A stretch of DNA of 63,850 nt, filler included, from Trichomonas gallinae (GCA_008369845.1; 4 parts of 4 records of this genome joined end to end with filler, not necessarily neighbours in it), one strand, 5' to 3'. Shown: positions 1 to 11,054, counted from the first letter of the whole stretch. The notes: a model not told the origin generated them from the letters alone. Made by a program: numbers and translations.

Positions 1-78
1 TATACTAATATATTCATATGTATTAGCGATTTGAATTCCAATGAGGACGACGATAGCGAGGACGATAGACATCTATAA
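1..78 (+). CDS. possible 3' end of a CDS entering the window (…SNEDDDSEDDRHL*)
   Basis: Frame 1 is open from base 1 to TAA at 76-78, with an acidic tail and the stop embedded in TAAA. Too short to identify. Confidence 0.3.
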   Translation, partial: YTNIFICISDLNSNEDDDSEDDRHL

Positions 79-474
79 AACAATGAATGAATAATTTTCA
101 TATGATCATCATTATTAAAAAAATTTAATCATTTTTATTATTGAAAATCAGATTTCGTTAATCTATTATTATTTTTATAATTTTAGAACTATATTAGATG
201 ATTAGTTGGTAAAGCAAAAATTATTTAATGTGTTTAGATACATTATAATTAACAATATTTTATTCAAAACAATTTCCACATTTTTTAAAGAACTCCCACT
301 ATATACATCCTTTTAAGCAGGATGTTTTGTAGAATGTTAGAATTCATTTGCGATTTTGATTGTGGGAGATATATTCAAACATTTATCTCAAAATATATGA
401 TGCACATACATGAGTATTCTATACTAAACTAAATAGTATATGTATTTCGTTTGAATTAAGATAGAAACAAGAAT

Positions 475-723
475 TTAATTTGATAACATAGCCCAGAGCT
501 TGTCTGTATTAAGAAATGGATATAGATCTGTTTCAAAGTAATAATATCCTTTATCGTCAAAGCAACATGACCAGTTTCGCCCAGAACCTCGTAATATCTT
601 AGAAATATCTGCGTGAATTTGTTGACTCGACTGCTCAAATGACTCTATCGAAAAATATAAGACTCCGTCTGTTAATAAAGTGGCACCAAACTTGTCGATT
701 ATTGTTTGTTCCTCTTGCATCAT
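475..723 (-). CDS. small hypothetical protein (~82 aa)
   Basis: ORF with protein-like composition and higher GC than the flanks. First true ATG is at 723 (the track starts at a TTG). Confidence 0.5.
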   Translation of the reverse strand: MMQEEQTIIDKFGATLLTDGVLYFSIESFEQSSQQIHADISKILRGSGRNWSCCFDDKGYYYFETDLYPFLNTDKLWAMLSN

Positions 724-963
724 ATATGTCAATTTTTTTGAGATTTATTTGATATATTTTGCTATAATCGACATGATTTTATGCTCACTATAGTCTAATT
801 TGATGATTTATCACATAAAATCAAACGAAATTTTTAACCTTATTTCGAATAACGACTTTTTTTGACAAAACATCAAAGTTATTACGTGAAAAGTGAAAAC
901 ATTCCTATATAGATTAATTTTATCAATAAATTGTCTATTAATATAATTTGATGTTAAATACTT

Positions 964-994
964 TGTCATGTAAAATAACATTTTGACACATAAA
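964..994 (+). promoter_or_regulatory. TGHCAYRTAAA motif pair (20-bp spacing)
   Basis: tgtcatgtaaa at 964 and tgacacataaa at 984. Confidence 0.5.
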
Positions 995-1334
995 TTCATA
1001 ATCAAATTTTTGATAATACCAAAATGTAAAGTCAAATTTTTTACATTAAAGAGTCAATTTAAGATTTAGTTTCTCTCATGCTATTAGGATGTATAGTGTA
1101 CTATCATTTTTACACACTAGGTTAGTTCAAATCTAATCACCTACAATAATAAACTTCAATTATAAAACTGGATTTTTGACAAATGTAAAATATTTGGAGG
1201 TATGAGATCTTTGTCATTGTTTTTATTGTTCTACTCATCACTCGCAAATTTCTAAGTTCCATAATATAATAATTCATATGGATATTATAATCATTTGACG
1301 ACTTTTATTTATATATTTATTGAAGAAGAATGGT

Positions 1335-2408
1335 TTATATTAAATTCGATTCAGCAGCTGTGAATTCATTTTTGTTGGATTTTCTAGTACTTACCACAAT
1401 TATCAAAGCAAGTATAAGTCCAACAATAATGAATCCTAGAACAACAGTTACTATAACGAAACACTTTCGGCTAACTGTTGAGTTTTTCATTTTATCATCT
1501 GGCTTTTGATTGATCATCATTAGTCTAGCTTTATAGTTTGTCAAAAGGTGATCTTGGAAAGCAGTTCCCCAAATGTTGACTCTGTTTATTTCCGTCGCAT
1601 TAACAACAAGATCTTTAATTGGTGTGTAAGGATTCGCTGCTTTGATGTGATAGACTGTTCCCCAAATGTAGCGAACTTTGAGAGAATTTTTATCCTTATG
1701 GTAAGTGTTGAGTCTTTCGACAATACCGTCTAAACTCATATTCACCATCATAGAAACGTGATCATAGAAGCTTGAATTGATCTTTGCTTTCTCGACCAAG
1801 TTTTGTATTTCTTGTTTCACATCACCTTCTTCGATTGAATCTCTGAGCGTATCATATAGATTTGGAATCGAGACTGTCGTTATTATATCATCCTGGTTGA
1901 CAAACTGGATGATTCTCTTTCTATATTCAACAGGAACATACTCCATGCATGGTGCACCAGCAAAGCCAATCGAGTTTATATCTTTGCCTTTTAGATCTTC
2001 GTCGGTCAATGCCATGTGCGCTAACACGCCACAGACTGTTCCTCCAAGGCTTGTTCCTGTGAAAATGATTCTTCCGTTGTGTTTCATTATGTATTCTTTC
2101 GTGTTTTGGTAAATATGTTGAGCAGAAAGGTAGAATCCTCTGTGAACTTTCATTTGTCGATTGCCGAAGTTTGCATCAATTTCTTCCATGTCGAAATCTG
2201 TCTTCCAATCATCTAGTGATGATGTGGAGCGTATACAAATCCATAGTATGCCCGAATTATTGTAAACAAAATGATTTGGATAATAAATCTTATTATCGGT
2301 ATAAAGATAAAGGAGACCCTCTTTAGGAAACGAGTTATTTCTCCAATAATGGATTATATCTATCGTTTTGTTCAGGAATTCTAGCGTTAACTCATTGATT
2401 AAAGCCAT
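1335..2408 (-). CDS. class 3 lipase (alpha/beta hydrolase) with C-terminal transmembrane anchor
   Basis: IRSTSS..DWKTD lid, VHRGF, GTSLGG nucleophile elbow, VNQDDIIT Asp, DH His, then hydrophobic FVIVTVVLGFIIVGLILALIIVV. Confidence 0.9.
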   Translation of the reverse strand: MALINELTLEFLNKTIDIIHYWRNNSFPKEGLLYLYTDNKIYYPNHFVYNNSGILWICIRSTSSLDDWKTDFDMEEIDANFGNRQMKVHRGFYLSAQHIYQNTKEYIMKHNGRIIFTGTSLGGTVCGVLAHMALTDEDLKGKDINSIGFAGAPCMEYVPVEYRKRIIQFVNQDDIITTVSIPNLYDTLRDSIEEGDVKQEIQNLVEKAKINSSFYDHVSMMVNMSLDGIVERLNTYHKDKNSLKVRYIWGTVYHIKAANPYTPIKDLVVNATEINRVNIWGTAFQDHLLTNYKARLMMINQKPDDKMKNSTVSRKCFVIVTVVLGFIIVGLILALIIVVSTRKSNKNEFTAAESNLI

Positions 2409-2413
2409 TTTGA

Positions 2414-2427
2414 AAATGACAAAATGA
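2414..2427 (-). promoter_or_regulatory. tandem initiator (Inr) elements TCATTT
   Basis: Minus strand reads gTCATTTtgTCATTTtcaaaATG directly upstream of the lipase start, matching the trichomonad Inr consensus. Confidence 0.7.
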
Positions 2428-2782
2428 CGGAGATGTTTTCAAAGTATTTCGCTTAAAATTGTGTTATTTAGTGCTAATGCACACAATTTGTTTTCAAAAA
2501 CACAAACCTTATTAATGGATTTCTAATTTACGTGCAATTATTTGTCGCTATAAAGATCTAACTTGCTTATATTATTACGCATTAGCAGTGGAATGGAGGA
2601 TTAGATTTATCTTGTGTTTATTCAGCGATATAATCGGAATGATTTTTTTCCTGCGATACTATATGTTTTTATTTCATAAATATGCTTTAATCACTGTTAA
2701 CATTATTATTTTAATGTGCGAATCAAAATTCTCAATGTTTTTAGATTAGAATAATTACTGCAAAAAGATTGTACTAACATTT

Positions 2783-3065
2783 TGCCATGTAACTATAACC
2801 TTATTTATGCTGACAAATAAAATGAGAAAGTCAATTTTAAATAAAAAGAGATACACAATACATACCGCCATGACCTGGTAAACTTGATATAACTAAAAGA
2901 TTAAGGTCTTCTCCTTAGCAATCTTGCATCTTATGGAACATATGAGTCTATTTTTTGACACTTTACATGTCAATTATTTACATTTTGCCATGTAATTATA
3001 ACCTTTTTTTTGGATAAATATTTTGACATTTTACATGACAATTTACCAATAATTTGCCACGTAAT
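2783..3065. promoter_or_regulatory. TGHCAYRTAAA motif cluster within degenerate ~70-bp repeats
   Basis: Copies at 2783(+), 2811(+, variant), 2962(-), 2986(+), 3030(-), 3055(+). acattttgccatgtaa(c/t)tataacctt is repeated. Confidence 0.6.
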
Positions 3066-3102
3066 AATAACCTTTTTTATAGACGTTTGTAGATTTTCAT
3101 CG

Positions 3103-4998
3103 ATGGAAGTTTTTCGCAACAGACTCATCAGCGAGTACTCCAGAGATGAGCTGGAAGAACTCTTCCTTGTTAGGTGCGATCAGCTCGATCAAAAAGCTAA
3201 GGAAATTCAGCAGTTAGAGCAGAAAGCATCAGATTTATCTGGAAAACTGACGAGAATCAAGCAAGATATCAACGACACAACAAAACAGAGAGTTAAATTC
3301 GACGGAAAATTAGCTCCAACAGCTTACAGAGTTTCACAAGTCGCAGTTAAAGAATTAAAAGATCAAATCGCGGAATTAGAAATAGAACTTGGCAAAAAGA
3401 ATCAAGATAAAGATGCTGTAGCAAGAGAAGTAGCATATTTTAAGTCATTACTTAACTTCCCTGCAAAATTGGGAAACGGAAAAAATACAAAATTCAATCC
3501 AACAAAAACGATCGAAGATTTACTTGCTATGCTTGCTGACCTCAGCAGCAGGAACACAGATCCACTCGTTGTTAATCGATTACTTGCTGCTTCATATATT
3601 TTGAGAAATAATTTGAAAGCAGCAGAGGAACCAATGAGAAAGATTTTGGAACTTATTGGCGAATCATCACTTCCTGTATTTGAAAGCATTGATATGCGAA
3701 AAGAAATCAAAGAAAGAGAAAACCAAATTGAAAAACTGCGCCATGATCTCGCAGTGCTTCAAGCTCAACAGGATAAACTTAGCCAAGAACACAATGACAG
3801 ACTCAAACAATATCAGCTCGATGCTGAGCGAAATCAAGAAAAATATCGCGAAATCATGGATTTGCATCATCAAAAAGAAGAAAAAGAAGCCGATGCTGCT
3901 CGTTTGGCTGAATTAGAGATCATTGCTGATGGCTTGAGGAAAGAAATCGAGCTTCTTAAATCACAAAGAGATAAACTCATCGAAGAAAATGCAGACAGAA
4001 AGAACAAGCTACAAGAAGAGCTCCAGAGGCAGATAGAACAAATGGAGAAAGAGCTCGAAGAGCTCAAAGCACATATCGACGCATTGAGAAAATCAAATGC
4101 AGATATCGAAAACCAGAAGAATTCGCTTCAACAGACATATGAGAACGCTCTTGAGAAGCGTGCAGACACAATAGATGGATTGAACAAGCTCCAGGAGGAA
4201 TACAGAGCTCTCAGAGCGAGATTTGTTAAATTAATGTCTGGAACAAACGAGGATCCATTTGAAAACCAGAGATTCATCGATTTCATAAACGAAATGATCG
4301 AAAGGAACTGGTCTTTCAACACAGTTCGCAAGTTTTTGGCGCATATCGAAAATATCGACGGAAAACTTGAGCAATTGGACGCAAAAATCGCTAAGTATCA
4401 ACCTATCAAGGAGCAGCTGACCAAACAAATCGCAGACAAGACGAAATTAGTTAAAGAACTCGAAGCTGAACTTGATGCAAGACATATTTCGCATGCAGGT
4501 GCTGTTGCCGAGGCCCAGCGTGCAGAATTCAAGTATCAGCAAGGAGCAAGTCACATTAACATATCCGCGGCTAAGCAATTCGAGCTTGAAGAAAACCAAA
4601 CCGCAATTATTCTTTCATTCCTCGAGTTTACCATTGAAAACTCCATACTTGGTTCTCAGAACTGCAAGCTGTTCCTTACAGTTGACTTCTACGACTGCAA
4701 GCAGGAGCAGACTAATTTCATCGACAGATATGACTCGACATTCAACACAGATCTTCTGTTTAAGGTCAAGAATGATTTCATTCTCAGAGACTACATAAAG
4801 GACACGAAGATTCCAGTGAAATTGTGGAAGGCGACAGGAATGAAGTTCACAGAAGTTGCAAACACAACAATTGCTCTCTTCCCGTTTGTTAATGGCGTGC
4901 CAAGCTTTTCTTCCACATCAGTTCTCATGGATAAACACGAAAAAGCCGTCGGAAAAATTAATTATGAAGCACAGATATATATTCCACTCCTTCAGTAA
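3103..4998 (+). CDS. RPGRIP1L: RPGRIP1L/MKS5-like ciliary transition-zone protein (coiled coil + C2 domain)
   Basis: N-terminal SRDELEELFL resembles RPGRIP1L SREELEDRFL. Long coiled coil, then a C-terminal C2 with FLTVDFYD..QT. ATG 3103 is preceded by TTTTCATCG (Inr); the track's upstream start is TTG. Confidence 0.7.
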   Translation: MEVFRNRLISEYSRDELEELFLVRCDQLDQKAKEIQQLEQKASDLSGKLTRIKQDINDTTKQRVKFDGKLAPTAYRVSQVAVKELKDQIAELEIELGKKNQDKDAVAREVAYFKSLLNFPAKLGNGKNTKFNPTKTIEDLLAMLADLSSRNTDPLVVNRLLAASYILRNNLKAAEEPMRKILELIGESSLPVFESIDMRKEIKERENQIEKLRHDLAVLQAQQDKLSQEHNDRLKQYQLDAERNQEKYREIMDLHHQKEEKEADAARLAELEIIADGLRKEIELLKSQRDKLIEENADRKNKLQEELQRQIEQMEKELEELKAHIDALRKSNADIENQKNSLQQTYENALEKRADTIDGLNKLQEEYRALRARFVKLMSGTNEDPFENQRFIDFINEMIERNWSFNTVRKFLAHIENIDGKLEQLDAKIAKYQPIKEQLTKQIADKTKLVKELEAELDARHISHAGAVAEAQRAEFKYQQGASHINISAAKQFELEENQTAIILSFLEFTIENSILGSQNCKLFLTVDFYDCKQEQTNFIDRYDSTFNTDLLFKVKNDFILRDYIKDTKIPVKLWKATGMKFTEVANTTIALFPFVNGVPSFSSTSVLMDKHEKAVGKINYEAQIYIPLLQ

Positions 4999-5467
4999 TC
5001 TTCTGTTATTTCTTTTGTAAATTATTTGTATATATCAATCCTTAGATATATTTATTTTTTTAATGGTTCTTTATGATGGTCATATATTATTAGTGTTTGC
5101 TTCATCATATGATCACCTTGAAAATGGACAATAAATTAAAAAAAAAATGTGGTTTTGATAATAGAAAAATAATATAAATGTGGGAGGCATCATCAAGTGC
5201 ATGTTTTCATTATAGAATATTTGCTATTCCAGATACTTGCTTGATAACGTGTTCAAATTTAATTTTCAACTTAATTATGCATTTTAACATTTAAAATTAT
5301 TGCTTAGAATCGGAAGATTAGCAAATAATTACTAATGTAGATCCAAAACATTAGGTTCCAAATCATGAAATGAGTTATATCGACAAATGTAACATAGAGG
5401 TCGAAGTTTCACTTTGATCAGCTTCTGCTGATAAATTTGCTCATTCATTCAAAGAGATTTATTTAAT

Positions 5468-6418
5468 TTAATCAACTTCATCTACTTGGGCAGTTTTTGT
5501 TTGGTCTCCGTCTTCTTCTTCAGCCATGATTCTTGCGTATTTCTCAGTAATTAATTTTTCAGCCTCTTCATCATCTGATGACAATAATTCGGGATGATCT
5601 CTTCTAATGTCTTTTCCTGAAGCAATTGCCGCATCCCTCTGCATTCTTCTGAACTCTTTCATACTATCATGGTCTCTTTCACTTTTTTCAGCAGATATTT
5701 TTTGCCTCTCTTTCATTTCCGCCTCTTTACCTCCAATTGCCCATGCAGACACAGTCCTTCTTTCTTCACCTGTAACTGGCGTGTCATCTAAATGCTTTAA
5801 TGACTTGTGTGTCGAAATCATTGTTCTTCTATATGTTTTGAACTGTTTTATAACAGGATTTCCATCTAAATGCAATACACGAAGATCATTGAGAGTTTGT
5901 AAAGCGTCTAAACATTCAATTTCATTGATTTTATTATTTGTTAAGCGAATTATTTGCAAGCTTTCACATGGTTTTACACCATCTAGGCAATCATTTGATC
6001 CACCAATCTTGTTTCCTTCCAAATCCAAGAATTTCAGGTTTTTCAAATTAGATAATCCTTCAATTTTGCGAATGTAGTTAAATGAAAGTATTAAATTTTC
6101 AAGCTGATCCAATTCATCAAGACCTGATATGTTTTCGATGCAGTTTTCCGATAAATATAATGTTTGCAATTTTTTAAGCTTGTCTAAGCTTTGAATTTTT
6201 GTAAAAGAATTACCATTGAGCCACAAAACTTTAAGTTCTAAGAACTTATCGAGTCCATTTATTGAAAGGAAGCCAGCATTTTCAAGATGAAGGACATCGT
6301 TGCATTCTGGGGTAATATACATGCCACGCTTAGCGCATATCCTCCAAATGGACTTTTCATCCATCCTGAACTCTTCTGGCTCAATTTCTTCATTAAGATT
6401 TTCTTCTTCTTGATTCAT
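5468..6418 (-). CDS. DNAAF1: dynein axonemal assembly factor 1 (LRRC50/ODA7) LRR protein
   Basis: IC..RGMYITPECNDVLHL..GF..I.GLDKF.ELKVLWL.GN signature, SDS22-type LRRs, LRRcap YRRTMI..L.HLDD.PV..EERR..AW..GG.EAE..ER. First ATG at 6418. Confidence 0.88.
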   Translation of the reverse strand: MNQEEENLNEEIEPEEFRMDEKSIWRICAKRGMYITPECNDVLHLENAGFLSINGLDKFLELKVLWLNGNSFTKIQSLDKLKKLQTLYLSENCIENISGLDELDQLENLILSFNYIRKIEGLSNLKNLKFLDLEGNKIGGSNDCLDGVKPCESLQIIRLTNNKINEIECLDALQTLNDLRVLHLDGNPVIKQFKTYRRTMISTHKSLKHLDDTPVTGEERRTVSAWAIGGKEAEMKERQKISAEKSERDHDSMKEFRRMQRDAAIASGKDIRRDHPELLSSDDEEAEKLITEKYARIMAEEEDGDQTKTAQVDEVD

Positions 6419-6438
6419 GTAAGAATTAGTTTGAAATC

Positions 6439-6492
6439 TGACATGTAATATAATCAATTGTCATGTAAAGTCAAAATCCATTTTATATGTCA
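6439..6492. promoter_or_regulatory. TGHCAYRTAAA motif cluster upstream of DNAAF1
   Basis: tgacatgtaat at 6439, tgtcatgtaaa at 6459 (20 bp apart), reverse variant tttatatgtca at 6482. Confidence 0.55.
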
Positions 6493-6953
6493 AATTAAAT
6501 TCTGATTCTTTTGTGACACTATAACATATAGTATATTATCATGTTTACACACAAGATTAATTTGGCTCTAATTATATCAGCTAGAAGCCATCAAGTGACA
6601 TTCTGTTTTCAAAACTGTGAAAAAGAGTTTAATAACTTCTTGATAACAGTAATACGATGCACAAATCAAAGATGCATCTATTTAATATGCATATTCAGTT
6701 TGATAGTTAGTTATTGTAATATTTAATTAGATTTTTGTGAAACTTTGAGTTTGGAGCAATTATGATCTAATTTACATCATATATCAGCATAAAATATGTT
6801 TTTGTATTTGTAAATACGTGTTCGTAGTTAGAAAATGTCGAAATATCCAATTATTTTATGATTTAATCGATAATATAGTATTAAATAATTGCCAAATATA
6901 ATCAAATCATGTAACCCAAACAAATAGATGATAGTTTATAACAATACAATAGC

Positions 6954-7949
6954 TTATTCGTAAATATGAAGACCATCAAGGATGCAGAACCAAACAATGA
7001 TGGCTGGAACGCAAAGAACTGTTGTCCAAAAAATCATTGTTGATGCAACACCTTCACCTAAGTGAGCTCCTGATGTTAACGAATAAGAAGCGACAGCTGT
7101 TGGCTGTGCACCGATAATCATGCACTGTCTAGATATTCTATTGTTCATGCCTAAGGCCTTGCACCATAAGCCAGCGAATATTGAGCCAACAAACATTCTA
7201 ACGAACATGCAAAAGATAAATTGGATCCATCCGCACGAAATAAGGGAGTGCTGAGCAAGAAAAACACCCACGCATACCAAAGCAAGAGCGAAAACCATAT
7301 CGCCAGCATATTGGAATAATCTGTCTAAATAAATAGGATATTCGATGTTACAGGCCGAGTAACATATTCCAATAACGTTACCGATCAAAATTGGGCTCTT
7401 TACGACGTTCAAAAGCACTCTTCCAATAATTTTGAATGAGAATTTTTCAGGAGGAAGTCCGTTTTCAACTCTCTTCTTGTTTCCTTCGATAACATTGTAG
7501 ATACCAACCATGAACAAGAAGATTGGCGAAGAGATAAGATCATTGCAAATCATCATCATAGAAACCATGACGTTCTCCTTCGCAGGCCAGAGAGCGTTGA
7601 AAACTGGTATACCAGAAATAATGTAGTTGATGTACGCTGTAGGAAAGACTGTGGAAAGATACGTGGCCATCCTGTTCTTGAATGGATATAACATGATAAA
7701 AGCGACGGCGATGTAAGTAGAAATTGCCATTAAAGCGGCAATGCCGAATGGTTGGAAGTCCAATTCCTTGAGCTTCTTGGGTGCTATACCTCGTATAATC
7801 AGTGGCATGAAGCCTATATAGAACACGACATTATTCAACGGTGCCGAATCTTTGAGAGTAACTACCTTCAGTTTTGCAAGTACAAAACCGACACCAATGA
7901 TGAGAAGCATGGATACACCAACCTGGATAACGTTAACATAGTTAACCAT
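6954..7949 (-). CDS. auxin efflux carrier (AEC)/Mem_trans family membrane transporter
   Basis: About 10 hydrophobic segments. LNNVVFYIGFMPLI, NYIISGIPV, KSPILIG, AQPTAV crossover motifs. ATG 7949 is preceded by Inr TCATTTTTTCAA. Confidence 0.88.
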   Translation of the reverse strand: MVNYVNVIQVGVSMLLIIGVGFVLAKLKVVTLKDSAPLNNVVFYIGFMPLIIRGIAPKKLKELDFQPFGIAALMAISTYIAVAFIMLYPFKNRMATYLSTVFPTAYINYIISGIPVFNALWPAKENVMVSMMMICNDLISSPIFLFMVGIYNVIEGNKKRVENGLPPEKFSFKIIGRVLLNVVKSPILIGNVIGICYSACNIEYPIYLDRLFQYAGDMVFALALVCVGVFLAQHSLISCGWIQFIFCMFVRMFVGSIFAGLWCKALGMNNRISRQCMIIGAQPTAVASYSLTSGAHLGEGVASTMIFWTTVLCVPAIIVWFCILDGLHIYE

Positions 7950-8690
7950 TTGAAAAAATGATCCTTTCACTTCATATACCGTATCAATCGAATTAAATGA
8001 TCTCTCAAATATTCTGAGTCTTTCTCAAAAATTGTGAAGTCTTTTCAATGTATTTTCAAAAATTGTGAAACATTTTTTATCCTCCTCTGAAATGAGTCAA
8101 GTTTCATAACTTTGATCGCTTTAACCCATTTTATATCTAAATTTTTTTATTTTTGTTATACATACCTTAGATTGATTTAATATATGAGGAAAAAATGAAA
8201 CAAAATTTTTCCAATTTTTAGTTGTTTTGTTCGTCCTCATTTTGAAATAATTGTGGAATAGATAAACAATGAGTTTTCTTCATTTGCTGATGCATTTACA
8301 ATTGCAATAACATGTGCAAATATCATATTATTGCGAAAATTAAATTTCGATATTTGCAAAAACGTTGAAAATCGCGTTATAAACTTTAGTGTACCATCAG
8401 ATCATCATTTTATACCATTATTTAATCTGTTAAATGTTTGTTCTTCTATTTATGCTGAATTCGTCATCTAAATCTCGAATTATTTCAACTGATACAGATT
8501 AAGGCATAATCCACTTGCATGATAATACCTTCCATTTTTATTTCAAACATAATTTTATGCGATAATTCTGAAATAAACGAAAAATATCGATTTTTTTGAG
8601 AAATTGTTTGCAACAAGAAATAGATTATTGAATTCTTCAATAAAGATAAGCTTCATAGTATGCTTACAATGATAACATGAAATAAACATT

Positions 8691-8820
8691 CTACATGTAA
8701 ATTTTTTGTTGATAGTATTTTCGTCACGTAAAACTAAATTTTGCCATGTAAAAATTTCATTATCATATAAATGTTTTGTCACGTAAAAATATTTTTTGCT
8801 ATGTAAATATTTTGTCATTT
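8691..8820 (+). promoter_or_regulatory. TGHCAYRTAAA array followed by Inr
   Basis: Same-strand copies or variants at 8691, 8722, 8742, 8761, 8777, 8797. TCATTT at 8815-8820 precedes ATG 8830. Confidence 0.65.
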
Positions 8821-8829
8821 TTCAATAAT

Positions 8830-10857
8830 ATGAGTGATTTCAATATTAAGAACGGGCAAACTTCATCTATTTCTGAATTTGACAATCGATTTAATTCTTC
8901 GCAATATCAACCTAATCCAAACCAGCAATCAGAATTCCAACAAATTATACATGAACAAAGGGGAAACTCACAACAAGCTACTCAACAACAACCCCAAAAC
9001 ATACAAATGCAACCAAATTATCAACAACGTGAAAATATGATGTTTCAGCAAAGAAATCCGTCTACAAATCAATATCAAGTTCCACAAGGCTTTATGCCTC
9101 GAAATACATCTCCACAAGGCTATCAGCAAGGATATCCGATACATCCAAACTATCAACAAAGAAATTCAGGATTTCCGATTCGTAATCAGCCACCACAGAA
9201 CTTTCCACAAAGAGGACCATCACCGCAAAACTATCCAGTACGAAATCAATCACCTGATCAGAATTTTTTGCAACGAAATAATTCACCCGAATTTTCAAGA
9301 GCACAATATAACATTCCACAGAATTATCCTGTTGTAAATCAACCAATTGGCGATTTTAACATGCCTCCAAATTTAAACATGCAGAATTTAGCAAATATGA
9401 ATTCACAACGCTTTGAAATGAACAGAGGACCATCTCCACAAAATTACCCAGTGAGTAACCAACAGTTTCAGCCACAAAGAGGACCTTCTCCGCAATCATA
9501 TCAAATTCGTAATCAATCTCCTGAACAGATGAATCAAATTCGAGGTCCTTCTCCACAATCATACCAAATGGGAAATCAAAATTATAATCCTCGAGGTCCC
9601 TCACCTCAATCTTATCAATTGCGAAATCAATCTCCAGAACAGATGAATCAGATGCGTGGTCCTTCACCACATTCATATTCAATGGGTCCTCAGGATTTCA
9701 ATCCACAGAGAGGACCGTCTCCACAATCATATGGGATGATGAATCAAAATAATTTGAACAGAGGACCTTCTCCTCAATCATATGGTATGCGAAATCCTTC
9801 ACCACAATCTTATGGAATTAGAAATCAATCACCAGAACAATTCAATCCACAACGTGACCCTTCACCACAATCATATGGAATGATAAACCAGTCTCCAGAG
9901 CAGTACAATATACAGAGAAATCCATCTCCACAATCATATGGAATTAGAAATCAGTCCCCAGAACAGTTTAATCCGCACATTGGTCCTCTTCCTCAGACAT
10001 ATAATGTAAGGAATCAAGTTCCTGAACAATTTGTTCATAATTTCCCTGAATCAAACCAAATGAATTTGCAAAGAAACTTTCCACAGGGATATGAGCAAGG
10101 ATGGGATCAGCAGCAGCCACTACAGCAGTTCAATCCTGAAATATCTCATCCTTATGGATTTGATCCAATGTTCGGAAGAGCGGCTGAACGTCCACGCCAA
10201 CAGTTAGTACAGCAAATTCCAGCAGCTGATCTTAATTCCAATGCTAGTTTGGTTCAAAAACCCGAATCAAAAGAACCTCAAAAAGAGGAACAAGAACCAC
10301 CAAAATTATCTGATTCACCAAAAGAGCCGCCAAAACCATCAGATGCATGGAATGATTTCGAGAATTTCGCTATGAGAGAAGTTGATGATAATTTATCTGC
10401 TCCTTTCCAGCCTTTTGGCGGGAATCAGCTCGCTTTCGGTGCATTACCTAATCCTCAGATGGTTGCTCTAGTGAAGAAAGACGATGAAATTGGCTCACAA
10501 GATCTCGATGTTGGCTCATCAGAAAGCACTCAGAGTGATGCTAGCGTTGAAAGCAATCAAAGTGTTCAGTCTGCATCATCAGCTGTCTCAGAATCCCAAT
10601 ATTTAGACATCAACGGGGAATTTTTGGAAAGTCTCAGCTTGATGAGAACTGCTGGAATGACTGAGCAGGCATTATTTAACTTCCAGATGCTGCTGAATCC
10701 AGCGCCTCCACCTGCTGATCCAATCGAATTTGATCCTTCTTTAGCGAAACGCGTCATACCAATGCCACCGAGATTTTCAAGGACAGCTATGGGAGCCGAA
10801 CTAAGAGCAAACTGCCAACAATTGCTCAACTATACATATGTTTTTAATAATATGTAA
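8830..10857 (+). CDS. Q/N/P-rich low-complexity protein with RGPSPQSY / RNQSPEQ repeats
   Basis: 675-aa ORF, ATG 8830 after an Inr, internal peptide repeats, short non-repetitive C-terminal segment. Confidence 0.85.
   Translation: MSDFNIKNGQTSSISEFDNRFNSSQYQPNPNQQSEFQQIIHEQRGNSQQATQQQPQNIQMQPNYQQRENMMFQQRNPSTNQYQVPQGFMPRNTSPQGYQQGYPIHPNYQQRNSGFPIRNQPPQNFPQRGPSPQNYPVRNQSPDQNFLQRNNSPEFSRAQYNIPQNYPVVNQPIGDFNMPPNLNMQNLANMNSQRFEMNRGPSPQNYPVSNQQFQPQRGPSPQSYQIRNQSPEQMNQIRGPSPQSYQMGNQNYNPRGPSPQSYQLRNQSPEQMNQMRGPSPHSYSMGPQDFNPQRGPSPQSYGMMNQNNLNRGPSPQSYGMRNPSPQSYGIRNQSPEQFNPQRDPSPQSYGMINQSPEQYNIQRNPSPQSYGIRNQSPEQFNPHIGPLPQTYNVRNQVPEQFVHNFPESNQMNLQRNFPQGYEQGWDQQQPLQQFNPEISHPYGFDPMFGRAAERPRQQLVQQIPAADLNSNASLVQKPESKEPQKEEQEPPKLSDSPKEPPKPSDAWNDFENFAMREVDDNLSAPFQPFGGNQLAFGALPNPQMVALVKKDDEIGSQDLDVGSSESTQSDASVESNQSVQSASSAVSESQYLDINGEFLESLSLMRTAGMTEQALFNFQMLLNPAPPPADPIEFDPSLAKRVIPMPPRFSRTAMGAELRANCQQLLNYTYVFNNM
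9100..10020 (+). repeat. coding tandem repeats (R-x-PSPQ[S/N]Y and NQSP[E/D]Q)
   Basis: About 11 RxPSP[QH][SN]Y and 6 NQSP[ED]Q units, with synonymous divergence between copies. Confidence 0.85.
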
Positions 10858-11014
10858 CTCTATACTATTTATTTTTGTTTGTAATGTAAATTTTCTTTTT
10901 CATTTGCAGACAGGAATTTTCAGTCGAAAATCTAATTCGAATATAATATATGTCTATTAAGTTTTCCTGATGCTATAAATAGATCCAAATGTTTACTGAA
11001 CACTCTATTAAAAG

Positions 11015-11054
11015 CTTTCATAATTAATGATATCTTTCATAATTAATGATATCT
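11015..11054. repeat. perfect 19-bp tandem duplication
   Basis: ctttcataattaatgatat x2. Confidence 0.8.

Noticed and set aside
2783..2794. Resemblance of TTGCCATGTAAC to the RFX X-box upstream of ciliary genes
   Set aside because: The motif is equally present at non-ciliary genes (UGGT/TBC, EFM7, SmG, AP4E1), lacks the full palindrome, and RFX factors are not known from this lineage.
9100..10020. Possible RNA polymerase II CTD
   Set aside because: The repeats are not YSPTSPS heptads and no RPB1 domains are present.
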